The notes under the pieces: generated by a model
Databases searched by the model: none
Told to the model about the DNA's origin: nothing
Seen by the model: only the letters and a program-made list of their open reading frames with translations
Translations under genes and position numbers: made by a program
Assembly (NCBI GenBank): GCA_049303835.1
Contig: JBAQNN010000001.1
Span: forward strand, 1,762-65,761
DNA length: 64,000 nucleotides
DNA from: Minisyncoccia bacterium
GTDB taxonomy: Bacteria; Patescibacteriota; Minisyncoccia; Phycocordibacterales; UBA9973
Direction of reading: 5' to 3'
Shown: piece after piece, positions 47,829-57,893 of the stretch
Layout: each line of letters starts with the position of its first letter
How positions within the stretch are numbered: the stretch's first letter is position 1

Positions 47829-47906
47829 GTAATTTTTTTTAAACTTTTAATAATTGCAGGATGTTCCTTGCCTACTTTTCGCAGGCAAGGTGATCCCACA
47901 TAGTCT

Positions 47907-48083
47907 CTATTTAATTTTTTTACTGCTACATTCTGCACAAAATGAAGCATCACGAAGAACATCCATTGCGCGAAAAACGTTTTTCATGAGCACTTCGCAC
48001 ACGTCGTCCAATAGGACAACTTCCAAGTGAAGATTCTTTTCTTCTTTCTTGGATGTCTTAGGAGCTTTTGCTTTTTTTGACAT
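47907..48083 (-). CDS. unlisted small ORF (58 aa), Lys-rich N-terminus, paired Cys (CEV...CAEC)
   Basis: Hand-translated 'MSKKAKAPKTSKKEEKNLHLEVVLLDDVCEVLMKNVFRAMDVLRDASFCAECSSKKIK'. Below the ORF-track threshold. Confidence 0.25.
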   Translation of the reverse strand: MSKKAKAPKTSKKEEKNLHLEVVLLDDVCEVLMKNVFRAMDVLRDASFCAECSSKKIK

Positions 48084-48295
48084 ATTATTTTTTAAAACTT
48101 AATTCTAATAATCTACGACCAATCACTTTCTTTTATCTAAATTTTTTTTATAAATAAAATTGTGATATTGTGAGTTTATAACATTACGCAAATAAACACG
48201 ACTTCTGTCGTGAGTCAAGTGACTCACGGTGAGTAAAAGAAAAACAGCCCATATTTTAAGGGTTGTTTGGAATTTTTTATGTATAGTTTAAAAAG

Positions 48296-49117
48296 TTATA
48301 GAATCCACCGAACGTTATTTTCTACTGAAAAAATATCAGTTTCAAAATTTTCTTCCAAGCGAGATTTTTTATTTACACCATTTAATGAGTCGAGAATCGC
48401 TTTTCTTGTAATGAGCGTTTGGTTACCCCAGTCATTACCATATCTGGTATATGTAAGGATTTTTTGAAGAAGATTTATATCAACTGAATCACCCCTTTTG
48501 TAATTAGAGTCAGCTTCTCCTATGTCGTATTTTTTACAAAAGGAATCTATAGATACAATTTTCCTTGGAAGTCGGATATTTTCGCCTGCAAGTAAGAGTA
48601 TAAGATATGGTGCAATCGGAAGACGGGAAAGACTTCTTCTGTGTGTTTCCATTGTTTTTTCTCCAACAGAAATTGAAACTCCACCGTTTGTGATAGCAAC
48701 AACAGAGACAGCTCCAAGTTTTCTTTTCAATGCCTCTGTGCGTTTTCTAAGTTCTTTTTGATATATTTCCAAATTTTTACTAGTGCATCCAATTCTTACT
48801 TCAACATTATTTCTAAAGTTTTCTAAAAATAATTCTAGAGTTTCAAAATTGAGTATTTCAATAACATTTTGTTTTCCACTTTCAGTTATAATGGTCTCGG
48901 TGCTTAACCCATATAATTCAGTTTTGATTTTTTTCATTTCTTCTTCTTCATTACCGCTATGCTCAAAAATATTAGCTAATTCATTAATACGAAAAGATAG
49001 GGGTCTATTAAGACCTCTTCCCTCAGCTGAATACTTTTTTTGCAATAAAAAATCACACAATCTGTATATTGGCTCTTTGTAAATGTCTATCTCTGTAATT
49101 TCGGCTAGCTCTGGCAT
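48296..49117 (-). CDS. hypothetical protein (273 aa)
   Basis: ORF divergent from 49201..50862. No motif. Confidence 0.4.
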   Translation of the reverse strand: MPELAEITEIDIYKEPIYRLCDFLLQKKYSAEGRGLNRPLSFRINELANIFEHSGNEEEEMKKIKTELYGLSTETIITESGKQNVIEILNFETLELFLENFRNNVEVRIGCTSKNLEIYQKELRKRTEALKRKLGAVSVVAITNGGVSISVGEKTMETHRRSLSRLPIAPYLILLLAGENIRLPRKIVSIDSFCKKYDIGEADSNYKRGDSVDINLLQKILTYTRYGNDWGNQTLITRKAILDSLNGVNKKSRLEENFETDIFSVENNVRWIL

Positions 49118-49200
49118 TTGATATATTTTACTATTTTTAACGGGAAAATACTACTCAAAAAGCACTTTCAAAATTAAGCCTAAAATGCTATTTTTAAATT

Positions 49201-50862
49201 ATGAATGATGATCAAAATGATTCCCCATTTCCCCAAAAAATTCTTTGGTGCGATAGTGATATAGGAGCCTTAAAAGAGATAGGAAAAGGTGAGGGTAATC
49301 TTACTGAGGAACAACTAAAAGAGGTTTTGCGTAGATATAATTTACGAGATGGCTTGATTGCCTTGGGTCAAGTATCTAATCTTGCCTTTAATAATAATGG
49401 TAAATATCGTGTAGGAAGGAGCGCTTTTCGAGATTCCAATACTGGTGTTTTTGTTACTGAGTTTGCTCTTGCTTATTTAGCAAATGTTCTTATTGCTTCT
49501 GGTGCAAACGATTATAAATCAAAACAAATTAATAATAAACAGAATCTTCTCACATTATTAAATATTTACAGCAATGATTTGGTGGCTCCCGAATTAGTAC
49601 GTGATCGTAGTGTTACTTTTACCCACAAAGATATGCTTTCAACTATGGTTCGGATGCATTTTGAACAGTTTGAATATCAATTTGATTATCTTCACTTGGT
49701 TGCAAGAAATCTTATTATCTTTAATGAAATAATTGATCTTGTCATTCCTAGAAAATTTGAGTCACTGAAAATAATATTTGAAAGAGAGACAGGATTAACT
49801 TTTCAACATTATTTTTTCTTAGTAATGGCTGTTTGGGCTGTATCTCAGAAAACAGCTACCTTTAGAAAAGAAGCACTAACAGAAGCGATAATACCATCAA
49901 TGCAGTCGAGCTTAACGGATGAAAAAGTTACGAACTTTTTAAATATACTTTCGGCTGATTACAAAACATTTAGAGAAGTAGATAATAATGCAAATATGAA
50001 CATGGAATCTGTATTTACGAAATACCGTTTTAATCCCTTGCTTATATACCCAGTTATAAAAACTGATAAAGGCAGCACAGATCCCTATGTTATTCCCAAT
50101 ACACTCTCGTTTTTTAAAAGGGGTTTTGGTGGATTATATTGGTGGTTTCATCGCCATTTTGAAATAGATAATACGCACAAAAATTTTAGAGATTATTTCG
50201 GTGAAGTATTTGAAATGTACGTAGGAAGAATTTTAAAACAAGCATATGGCACGGCGAATGTACATCCAGAAATAATATATTCAAAAGATAAAAAGAAGTT
50301 TATCGATTGGTGGGTTGAGCATAAATCAACAATATATCTTTTTGAAGTAAAATCATACCAATTTGCCTTACCAACTAAACAGACAGGTGATCTTGAGCTT
50401 ATACTTAAAGAAGTTAAATCTAAAATTATTGAATCTATTGAACAGGTTTATAAAAGAATGTCAGAAATTGAAAAATATGATGAACTTGCGATTTTTCGAG
50501 GCAGAAAGATAGTACCACTCATCGTCTTTATGGAAATACCTCTTATTTCAGGACAACTCTATAAAGAAATGATAGCTGAGGAGCTAGAACATTTAGAGAA
50601 AAATGGTTTAGTGGGAATAAAAAATGCAAAGATACATCTTTTAAATATTGAAGAATTAGAATTATATACTGATGTAATGGATAAAATTCCACTAGAGGAG
50701 GTTTTTGCAAAATATGAAAATAATTTAGCTGATGGATTTCTTTCTATTATTCAAAAAGAAATAGGCAAAAAACCTGTAAATAAATACTTAGATGGTGTTT
50801 ATAAGGATTTTTGGAAAGATATGAGTGGTGGTACAATACCACTTGAAGGCGATGAGAAATAA
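49201..50862 (+). CDS. hypothetical protein (553 aa) with C-terminal PD-(D/E)xK-like motif
   Basis: 'FIDWWVEHKSTIYLFEVKSYQ' (D...E-V-K) suggests a restriction-endonuclease-fold nuclease domain. The rest is unrecognised. Confidence 0.4.
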   Translation: MNDDQNDSPFPQKILWCDSDIGALKEIGKGEGNLTEEQLKEVLRRYNLRDGLIALGQVSNLAFNNNGKYRVGRSAFRDSNTGVFVTEFALAYLANVLIASGANDYKSKQINNKQNLLTLLNIYSNDLVAPELVRDRSVTFTHKDMLSTMVRMHFEQFEYQFDYLHLVARNLIIFNEIIDLVIPRKFESLKIIFERETGLTFQHYFFLVMAVWAVSQKTATFRKEALTEAIIPSMQSSLTDEKVTNFLNILSADYKTFREVDNNANMNMESVFTKYRFNPLLIYPVIKTDKGSTDPYVIPNTLSFFKRGFGGLYWWFHRHFEIDNTHKNFRDYFGEVFEMYVGRILKQAYGTANVHPEIIYSKDKKKFIDWWVEHKSTIYLFEVKSYQFALPTKQTGDLELILKEVKSKIIESIEQVYKRMSEIEKYDELAIFRGRKIVPLIVFMEIPLISGQLYKEMIAEELEHLEKNGLVGIKNAKIHLLNIEELELYTDVMDKIPLEEVFAKYENNLADGFLSIIQKEIGKKPVNKYLDGVYKDFWKDMSGGTIPLEGDEK

Positions 50863-51006
50863 TCCTTCTTTTGCTAAGAGATTTTTAAAGAGTAGCATTT
50901 AAAAACTGACCTTTTTATATGATACTTTTAAGAGTTTTATTAGTTATTCATAGACACATTGACTTGACTAATACCCCCAAGGGGTATATACTTATACAGT
51001 AATCTT

Positions 51007-51429
51007 ATGAAGCGTTTACTTACATTTATTTTAATAGTTAGTTTTGTCGGGATAGCTTTTTTTGGCTTTACCGTTTTTGCTCATGGGATGAATAGTTCCG
51101 ACAATAATTGTGTTACTTCTCCCATAGATGGAACAGTATGCCCGACCAGCATTGTGGCTATGACATTACATCATATTTCTTCTCTGCAAACACTCCTAAC
51201 ATCAGTAACCCCATCGATGTCTAGCTTGCTTATGTTGCTTGCATTTATACTTCTTGTTTCGGTTTCAATATTTCAATTATATAAAAATCTACTATTTCCA
51301 AAGCTAGAGCTGTTACGAAAACGCTTACATGATCTAGAAACCAATCTTTCTTATAGTAAACAAAAAATCATTTCTTGGCTTTCTTTGTTTGAGAATAGCC
51401 CTTCCTTTTCATATGTAAGGCATAGCTAA
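51007..51429 (+). CDS. membrane protein (2 TM)
   Basis: Hydrophobic segments. No motif. Confidence 0.35.
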   Translation: MKRLLTFILIVSFVGIAFFGFTVFAHGMNSSDNNCVTSPIDGTVCPTSIVAMTLHHISSLQTLLTSVTPSMSSLLMLLAFILLVSVSIFQLYKNLLFPKLELLRKRLHDLETNLSYSKQKIISWLSLFENSPSFSYVRHS

Positions 51430-51508
51430 TTATTTTGTCGTAAAATTTTTAGCTATGTCTTCTGAATCCTTCACAAGAGGATTTTTTACTATTTAACTTC
51501 TAAAAATT

Positions 51509-52075
51509 ATGAAAGACAAAAACAAAATTATTATATTCATCACTATCATCGTTTTTCTTTTTATCGGACTCTTCTTTTTTTCAAAACCCGATCAAAATGG
51601 AAACAACGCAAGTAATATTAAAGAAGGTACTCAGGAGTTAGCAAATTCAAATACAGCTTCGATAAACAACACTCTCACGACTCTCGAAAAATTCTATGAC
51701 TTTGGAACAATATCTATGAAAAATGGAAATGTCAGTAAGATATTTAAGGTTACTAATTCTGGAACCGAAGATATTAATTTGACCAATGTTAGTACTTCCT
51801 GTATGTGTACTGCGGCTTACATCGTTAAAAATGACGGTAGCAAGCTCGGGCCCTTTGGTATGCCTGGACATGGGGGCGCAGGTGACATGCCAGGTCATGG
51901 CAATGGCAAGGCAGGAGAAATAATTCCCGCAGGAGAATCACGAGATATTGAAGTGGTTTATGATCCTAACGCGCATGGCCCAGCTGGGGTCGGAAAGATT
52001 GATAGGTTTGTTTATCTTGAAGATGAAAATGGAAACAAACTTCAAATTGAAATTAAGGCGAATGTAACTCCGTAA
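51509..52075 (+). CDS. DUF1573-like secreted/membrane-anchored protein
   Basis: N-terminal TM, 'FYDFGTISMKNGNVSKIFKVTNSGTEDINLTNVSTSCMCT' resembles the DUF1573 beta-sandwich with SCxCT motif. Confidence 0.5.
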   Translation: MKDKNKIIIFITIIVFLFIGLFFFSKPDQNGNNASNIKEGTQELANSNTASINNTLTTLEKFYDFGTISMKNGNVSKIFKVTNSGTEDINLTNVSTSCMCTAAYIVKNDGSKLGPFGMPGHGGAGDMPGHGNGKAGEIIPAGESRDIEVVYDPNAHGPAGVGKIDRFVYLEDENGNKLQIEIKANVTP

Positions 52076-52082
52076 AAATTAT

Positions 52083-52862
52083 ATGAAAAAAATTATAATT
52101 GCAATTAGTGTTTTACTTATTGCCATAGTCGGCATAGTAATACTTAAGAACAATCCAGCAACTTCAGAAATTATCTGGAGTATGAGCAAAGGTGGCACAT
52201 GGCTATTACCACTTGTTTTAGTGGCTGCTGTCTTAGACAGCGTGCATCCTTGTTCATTCTCAATTCTTCTTATTACTATTGCATTTCTTTTTGGAATGCA
52301 ATTAAGTCGAAGAAAAATTCTTCAATTGGGTGGTACATATATTGCCGGAATATTCACAGCGTATTTTTTGATTGGGCTTGGAATATTGAAAGTTCTGCAC
52401 CTCTTCAACACTCCCCATTTTATGGGAAAGTTGGGAGCAACATTACTTATCAGCTTTGGTGTGCTAAATCTTATTAGCCGATTTTTTCCAGCATTCCCAA
52501 TAAAACTCAAAATACCTAGTATGGTAAAAGGTCCAATAGCTAAACTAATGGATAAAGCATCCTTTCCAGCTGTATTTGGTTTAGGATTGCTTGTTGGTAT
52601 TTGTCAGTTCCCATGTATGGGTGGACCGTACCTTATGGTTATTGGGCTTCTACGGGATCAAATGACTTATATAAGTGGATTTAACTATCTTCTGCTCTAC
52701 AATTTCATTCTGATTATTCCATTAGTAGCAGTATTGTTCATATCTGCCGATAAACTATTGGTTGATAAAGTGCAAATATGGAAGCGCGACAACATAGGAG
52801 GATTAAAACTTTGGACTGGCATCGCAATGATTATTATTGGTATCTTAATATTCTTTATCTAA
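52083..52862 (+). CDS. DsbD/CcdA-family thiol-disulfide transporter-like membrane protein
   Basis: Multi-TM with Cys in 'VHPCSFSIL' and 'ICQFPCMGGPYLM', consistent with DsbD_2-type proteins. Confidence 0.5.
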   Translation: MKKIIIAISVLLIAIVGIVILKNNPATSEIIWSMSKGGTWLLPLVLVAAVLDSVHPCSFSILLITIAFLFGMQLSRRKILQLGGTYIAGIFTAYFLIGLGILKVLHLFNTPHFMGKLGATLLISFGVLNLISRFFPAFPIKLKIPSMVKGPIAKLMDKASFPAVFGLGLLVGICQFPCMGGPYLMVIGLLRDQMTYISGFNYLLLYNFILIIPLVAVLFISADKLLVDKVQIWKRDNIGGLKLWTGIAMIIIGILIFFI

Positions 52863-52863
52863 C

Positions 52864-53355
52864 ATGAATAAAATAATAACGATAGATGAATTTATGAAGA
52901 AAATAGATTCATTAAAAGAAAATAGCGGAGTTGACTTATCAACCACTGAGGATCTAAGTGTCGCAGTGATGAATCTGATTAGTTTAGAAGAGCATTTCTT
53001 CTTTACCGGTGTTAAAACAAAGAAAGATGAGTACTTTGACACCATACTAGAGATACGTGAAATGAGGAAAGGTTTATTGGCTAAACTAATGCCAAATAAT
53101 GAAGGGGAAACTTGGTGTATTTCAAAGCATCTTTTGTCTGCAACCATGCGACTTATAGAAGTTGGTAATAAACTTAATTCCGAAAGCAAAAAAGATAAAG
53201 CAAAAGAAATGTTTGGAAAAGCATACCAAATATATTCTATATTTTGGGCGCTCAAATTGAAATTAATTTCCGGAGAAAAAATAAAGCAAACAGCAAAAGA
53301 GAGTTCACAACTTGAAGATCTAGTGACTAAATTGGCTAATTGTTGTGATGAGTAG
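52864..53355 (+). CDS. hypothetical protein (163 aa)
   Basis: ORF only. Confidence 0.35.
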   Translation: MNKIITIDEFMKKIDSLKENSGVDLSTTEDLSVAVMNLISLEEHFFFTGVKTKKDEYFDTILEIREMRKGLLAKLMPNNEGETWCISKHLLSATMRLIEVGNKLNSESKKDKAKEMFGKAYQIYSIFWALKLKLISGEKIKQTAKESSQLEDLVTKLANCCDE

Positions 53356-53392
53356 ACCAAGAAAATGTAATTATTAATTAATAATTAAAAAA

Positions 53393-54379
53393 ATGGAAAA
53401 CGAAAAACCTGAAGAAAAAATAATAAAAAAAGATAGTCCGTATGCGACGCCAATAGCTATTGTTATTGTTGGGGTGATGTTATCTGGAGCTGTGTTTTAT
53501 GGTTTACGAAATCCTTCAAAAGAAACACCTTTACAGAAAGCGCAATCACAAGTTTCTGCACTTGAAGAAGCTGTCTTACCATCTAAGGGTGTGGTTTTGC
53601 CCGCATCATGGGGTAATCTTGGTGTGCAACTTGTGGATAGTGGTGCTATTGATGCAGATAAATTTAAAGCTATCTATGAGCAAAGAGGAGCTTTCACTGA
53701 CGAATATAAAAATTTATTACTTGGGGATAATAATGGTAAAATCAAAATTACTAGAGAAAATTCAGGGTATTATCTTAATCTTTTTTGGGCACTTGGTCTT
53801 GCAAATAAAAATCCTATTTTAGACACAGGTGAAATGGTAGATCCAAGATATGGTGGAGCAGGTAATTTTGCCTCTACTGGCGGATGGACAATCGCAAAAG
53901 GTAAACCAATGGACCACTATAGTAAGCACGCATTCATTACACTAACACCAGAACAGCAAGCTTTAGTCGACAAAGTATCACGTGGAATATATAGACCATG
54001 CTGTGGTAATTCAGTTCATTTTCCAGATTGTAATCATGGAATGGCAATGCTTGGGCTTTTGGAGTTAATGGCTTCACAGGGTGCTAGTGAACAAGATATG
54101 TGGAAAACAGCTTTAGTAGTTAATTCTTATTGGTTTCCTGATACATATCTTACAATAGCAACCTATATGAAAGATAAAGGAATTGAATGGAAAAATGTAA
54201 ATCCACAAGAAATGCTTGGGGCTAATTATTCTAGTAGTCAAGGGTTTGCAAAAATTGCAGCGCAAGTAACTAAACCAGCTAGTTCTCAAAGTGCAGGTGG
54301 ATGTGGGGTTGACACAGGGGGAGCACACGCAAACGATTCTGCTCCAGCTCCAAAACAACAAAGTGGATGTGGAATATAA
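53393..54379 (+). CDS. secreted Cys-rich protein (328 aa), possible metal-binding
   Basis: N-terminal TM anchor, 'CCGNSVHFPDCNHG', C-terminal 'GGCGVD...SGCGI'. Confidence 0.4.
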   Translation: MENEKPEEKIIKKDSPYATPIAIVIVGVMLSGAVFYGLRNPSKETPLQKAQSQVSALEEAVLPSKGVVLPASWGNLGVQLVDSGAIDADKFKAIYEQRGAFTDEYKNLLLGDNNGKIKITRENSGYYLNLFWALGLANKNPILDTGEMVDPRYGGAGNFASTGGWTIAKGKPMDHYSKHAFITLTPEQQALVDKVSRGIYRPCCGNSVHFPDCNHGMAMLGLLELMASQGASEQDMWKTALVVNSYWFPDTYLTIATYMKDKGIEWKNVNPQEMLGANYSSSQGFAKIAAQVTKPASSQSAGGCGVDTGGAHANDSAPAPKQQSGCGI

Positions 54380-54467
54380 GTGCTCATAACAAATGTTTGA
54401 CAAATAGGGGGTGGGGGTATAGAGTATAGGTAAGGTCGAGCTTATACTAATAACTAATAAAATATAT

Positions 54468-54740
54468 ATGTTAGATCAAAAACTAAAAAAGAAAGCGCTC
54501 CATAGAGCAAGAATAATTCGTGGACAGGCCGAAGGATTAATAAAAGCGATAGAAGAAGAAAAATACTGTATTGATTTAATAACACAGTCGAGATCAATAC
54601 AACTTTCACTCAAAAGTATGGATAGAGTTCTTTTGGCAAACCATCTTAGTAGTCATGTAAAGCACATGCTTAATGATACGAAACAGGAAGGCAAAGCCAT
54701 TAAAGAACTTGTAGATCTGTACGCATTATCAAATAAATAA
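54468..54740 (+). CDS. CsoR/RcnR-family metal-sensing transcriptional repressor
   Basis: 'RARIIRGQAEGLIKAIEEEKYCIDLITQ...LANHLSSHVKH' matches the DUF156/CsoR fold pattern. Confidence 0.7.
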   Translation: MLDQKLKKKALHRARIIRGQAEGLIKAIEEEKYCIDLITQSRSIQLSLKSMDRVLLANHLSSHVKHMLNDTKQEGKAIKELVDLYALSNK

Positions 54741-54748
54741 AATAAATT

Positions 54749-54988
54749 ATGATGTACGGAATATATAATGGATGGGGTTGGGGAAATATGATGGGATGGT
54801 TTGGTGGTGGAATCATGATGATTCTATTCTGGGCAGCAGTTATTTATTTCATTGTTTGGTTAGTTCGTAATAATAGAACAAGTGGAGCTGAAGACAAAAA
54901 AGCCCTTGATATTCTAAAAGAACGATACGCTAAAGGTGAAATTGATAAAAATGAATTTGAGGAAAAGAAAAAGGATTTAACTTCTTAA
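54749..54988 (+). CDS. SHOCT-domain membrane protein
   Basis: TM then '[22 protein letters not shown]' SHOCT motif. Confidence 0.6.
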   Translation: MMYGIYNGWGWGNMMGWFGGGIMMILFWAAVIYFIVWLVRNNRTSGAEDKKALDILKERYAKGEIDKNEFEEKKKDLTS

Positions 54989-54993
54989 AATAT

Positions 54994-55554
54994 ATGAATT
55001 ACAGCATCAAAAAACAAGTTAATTATTCTTTCACTGGTGCAGTTTCAAAAACCAAAGCCGTATTAGCGGAAGAAGGATTTGGAATTCTGACGGAGATTGA
55101 TATTAAAGCAACTCTAAAAAATAAGCTGGATGTTGAGTGGGATAATTATGTTATTTTGGGAGTTTGTAATCCAAGTTTGGCTTATCAAGCTTTGCAAGAA
55201 GAAAAAGAAATTGGGTTATTTCTGCCTTGTAATGTGATTGTGTACGAAGATAAAGGGAAGGTTTTTGTGTCGGCTATTATTCCAACTGTGGCTATGAAAA
55301 TGATAGAAAATAAATCATTAAATAAGGTCGCTAGCCAAGCAGAAGAAAAACTAAAAAAAGTCATGGATAAAATATCTAGTAAAAATCAAGACGAAAAACC
55401 AAGAAAGGTGTTTGATCTTGTGTGTGGTATGGAACTTAATATGAGTGATGTCACACATGCCTTTGAACATGAAGGTAAAGAGTATTACTTCTGTTCTAGT
55501 ACGTGTAAGGGTCATTTTGTGAGTGATCCTGATATGTATATAGGAGAAAATTAA
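54994..55554 (+). CDS. DUF302 domain protein with C-terminal YHS/TRASH metal-binding domain
   Basis: 'EEGFGILTEIDIKATLKNKL' (DUF302). 'DLVCGMELNMSD...YYFCSSTCKGHF' (YHS). Confidence 0.65.
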   Translation: MNYSIKKQVNYSFTGAVSKTKAVLAEEGFGILTEIDIKATLKNKLDVEWDNYVILGVCNPSLAYQALQEEKEIGLFLPCNVIVYEDKGKVFVSAIIPTVAMKMIENKSLNKVASQAEEKLKKVMDKISSKNQDEKPRKVFDLVCGMELNMSDVTHAFEHEGKEYYFCSSTCKGHFVSDPDMYIGEN

Positions 55555-55572
55555 TAAATTAATTAAAAAAAT

Positions 55573-55791
55573 ATGAATCATAATCATAGTAATGAACAAA
55601 AAAGTACTTGTACGCATGGGTGTTGCGATGGTGACAAGACCACATGCAGTGTTCATGGGTGTTGTGGTGAGAACGATACTGTCGCAGTAATGGATGCAAC
55701 TTCATATACTTGCTCAATGCATCCCAATATAAGACAGAATAATCCTGGCAAGTGTCCGGAGTGTGGAATGGACCTTATTCCAGTTAAATAA
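55573..55791 (+). CDS. small heavy-metal-binding domain protein (CopA-N-terminus-like)
   Basis: 'YTCSMHPNIRQNNPGKCPECGMDLIPV' matches the 'TCPMHPE...CP.CGM.L' domain. Cys-rich N-terminus. Confidence 0.6.
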   Translation: MNHNHSNEQKSTCTHGCCDGDKTTCSVHGCCGENDTVAVMDATSYTCSMHPNIRQNNPGKCPECGMDLIPVK

Positions 55792-55823
55792 AAAGGTCAA
55801 TATTATCAATTAATTAAAAAAAT

Positions 55824-56450
55824 ATGAATGACAAAATTGCGTTTGGAGCCGGAGGAATATTGATCGGGGCAGTCATTGTTTTGTTGTTAAGCTCTACGGG
55901 GCAATATAGATCGATGATGGGGGGAGTAAATAATTCAAACAATATAACCCCAGGCAGAACGGTTGGGATGATGAATAATATAGATGAGCATTTTATTGAG
56001 CAGATGATTCCGCATCACGATGGAGCCATCGAAATGGCAAAGCTTGCTTTACAAAAAGCAAAAAGACCAGAAATCAAAACTCTCGCTCAAAACATTATTA
56101 GTGCTCAAGAAAAAGAAGTAATAGAAATGCAAGGTTGGTATAAAAATTGGTTTGGAGGAGATGTCAAAACGGGAAATTCATACTCAATGATGGGTGGCAT
56201 GATGTCCTCTGGAGGAATGCATATGGTTGGAAACCAGGATAATACCCAGGCGTTAGAAAACGCATCAGATTTCGATAAAGCATTTATCGAAGCGATGATT
56301 CCGCATCATCAGTTGGCTATTATAATGGCGCAAATGTTAAAAGCTGGAACAAATAGACCAGAGATGTTAACTCTTGCTAACAATATTACTGAATCACAAT
56401 CAAAAGAAATAGGACAAATGCAGGAATGGTATAAGAGTTGGTATAAATAA
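55824..56450 (+). CDS. DUF305 family protein (duplicated HH-motif domain)
   Basis: 'FIEQMIPHHDGAIEMA' and 'FIEAMIPHHQLAIIMAQ'. Confidence 0.7.
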   Translation: MNDKIAFGAGGILIGAVIVLLLSSTGQYRSMMGGVNNSNNITPGRTVGMMNNIDEHFIEQMIPHHDGAIEMAKLALQKAKRPEIKTLAQNIISAQEKEVIEMQGWYKNWFGGDVKTGNSYSMMGGMMSSGGMHMVGNQDNTQALENASDFDKAFIEAMIPHHQLAIIMAQMLKAGTNRPEMLTLANNITESQSKEIGQMQEWYKSWYK

Positions 56451-56492
56451 GTAATAAAAGATTAAAATTATTAGATTATTAAAAAATTTATT

Positions 56493-56714
56493 ATGAAATT
56501 ATCAAAATTAATGCATGTTGCTAGTGTTATCGTAGGGTTGGTTGGGGTAATCGTTTTCGCGGGTGCTGTTTTAAATGGGTCGGATAATCTTGTGTTTGGA
56601 ATTACAAAGGTCGATGCTTTGTTATGTTCCGCAATTCTTATTCTAATTGCAATTTGGCTTGCGATTGGAACAATTCATCACATGATGTTGGAGAAAAAAG
56701 GAGAAATTGTTTAA
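56493..56714 (+). CDS. small membrane protein
   Basis: Two TM helices. Confidence 0.35.
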   Translation: MKLSKLMHVASVIVGLVGVIVFAGAVLNGSDNLVFGITKVDALLCSAILILIAIWLAIGTIHHMMLEKKGEIV

Positions 56715-56731
56715 TAGATTAAAAAAATTAT

Positions 56732-57022
56732 ATGCATAATCATAATGGAGGAAATGGTAAGTCGATGATGTGGATGATGATTCCATGTCTTCTTCTGATA
56801 GCATTTGCACTTTTTGGTGGAGGTAGTTTAGCCTCGTCTAAATATCTTTGGTTGATTATCGTTGGTGTTTGTGTTGTTCCTCATGTCTGGATGATGTTTA
56901 AGGGACACGGAGGGCACGGTGATGATAATGGGGAAGATAAAACTAATGATGCTTCAGAAAAACAATTAGAGGCAAAAGAAAAATACAATAAATCTGGTCA
57001 CGGTGGTAGTTGTTGTCATTAA
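56732..57022 (+). CDS. membrane protein with His/Cys-rich C-terminus ('HGGHGDD...GHGGSCCH')
   Basis: Two TM helices then a metal-binding-like tail. Confidence 0.4.
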   Translation: MHNHNGGNGKSMMWMMIPCLLLIAFALFGGGSLASSKYLWLIIVGVCVVPHVWMMFKGHGGHGDDNGEDKTNDASEKQLEAKEKYNKSGHGGSCCH

Positions 57023-57031
57023 AATTACTTT

Positions 57032-57673
57032 ATGGAAAATTCTTACGGCCTCTGGCTATTAGTTATTATTAATTCTTTGGTTTTCATTATTTTTGCCTTT
57101 AGTTTTGTTAAACCAAAAACTTCTCGAGACTGGCGATCATTTGGCGGATTTTCGGCATTTCTTGTTGCACTTTTTGCCGAGATGTATGGTTTTCCCCTTA
57201 CCATATATCTTCTTTCCGGGTGGCTTTCATCAAAGTTCCCAAGTGTTGATTTTTTTGCGCATAACTCGGGACACTTACTTGAAGATTTCTTTGGCTGGGG
57301 CGGTGATCCTCATTTCGGACCATTTCACATCGCAAGTTATATCCTAATCTTTTATGGTTTCTTTCTTCTTTCCAAAGCATGGAAAGTGCTTTACAAGGCG
57401 CAAGTTGAACATACCCTAGCTACTGACGGTCCTTATTCTTACATTCGTCATCCGCAATACATTGGTTTTATACTGATTATGTTTGGATTTTTGTTGCAAT
57501 GGCCCACACTTCTTACCCTTGTAATGTTCCCAATTCTTGTTTGGATGTATACACGACTTGCTAAAAGTGAAGAGAAAGATTCTCAAAAAGAATTTGGAGA
57601 ATCATGGGATGAATACGCTAAAAGAACTCCAGCTTTTATTCCCCGACGAAAAAAATTAACAACTAATTCTTAA
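57032..57673 (+). CDS. isoprenylcysteine carboxyl methyltransferase (ICMT)/phospholipid methyltransferase-family membrane protein
   Basis: 'YIRHPQYIGFILIMFG' ICMT signature. Multi-TM. Confidence 0.65.
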   Translation: MENSYGLWLLVIINSLVFIIFAFSFVKPKTSRDWRSFGGFSAFLVALFAEMYGFPLTIYLLSGWLSSKFPSVDFFAHNSGHLLEDFFGWGGDPHFGPFHIASYILIFYGFFLLSKAWKVLYKAQVEHTLATDGPYSYIRHPQYIGFILIMFGFLLQWPTLLTLVMFPILVWMYTRLAKSEEKDSQKEFGESWDEYAKRTPAFIPRRKKLTTNS

Positions 57674-57678
57674 ATTAT

Positions 57679-57891
57679 ATGGAAAACAGAATTAAATCAT
57701 TAATTAAAAAATTAAGCAGGCTTGGCTATCACGTTAAGCCAAAAAATAAAGACCACATAGATCCTGTGTGCGGGATGAAAGTATCAAGTGATTTATTAAA
57801 GGCTGACTATCAAGGTGAAAGTTATTTTTTCTGTTCAGATCACTGTAAACAACAGTTTGAGAAAGATCCCGAGGCTTATATTGTAAAATAA
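57679..57891 (+). CDS. YHS/TRASH-domain metal-binding protein
   Basis: 'DPVCGMKVSSDLLKADYQGESYFFCSDHCKQQFEKDPEAY'. Confidence 0.7.
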   Translation: MENRIKSLIKKLSRLGYHVKPKNKDHIDPVCGMKVSSDLLKADYQGESYFFCSDHCKQQFEKDPEAYIVK

Positions 57892-57893
57892 TC

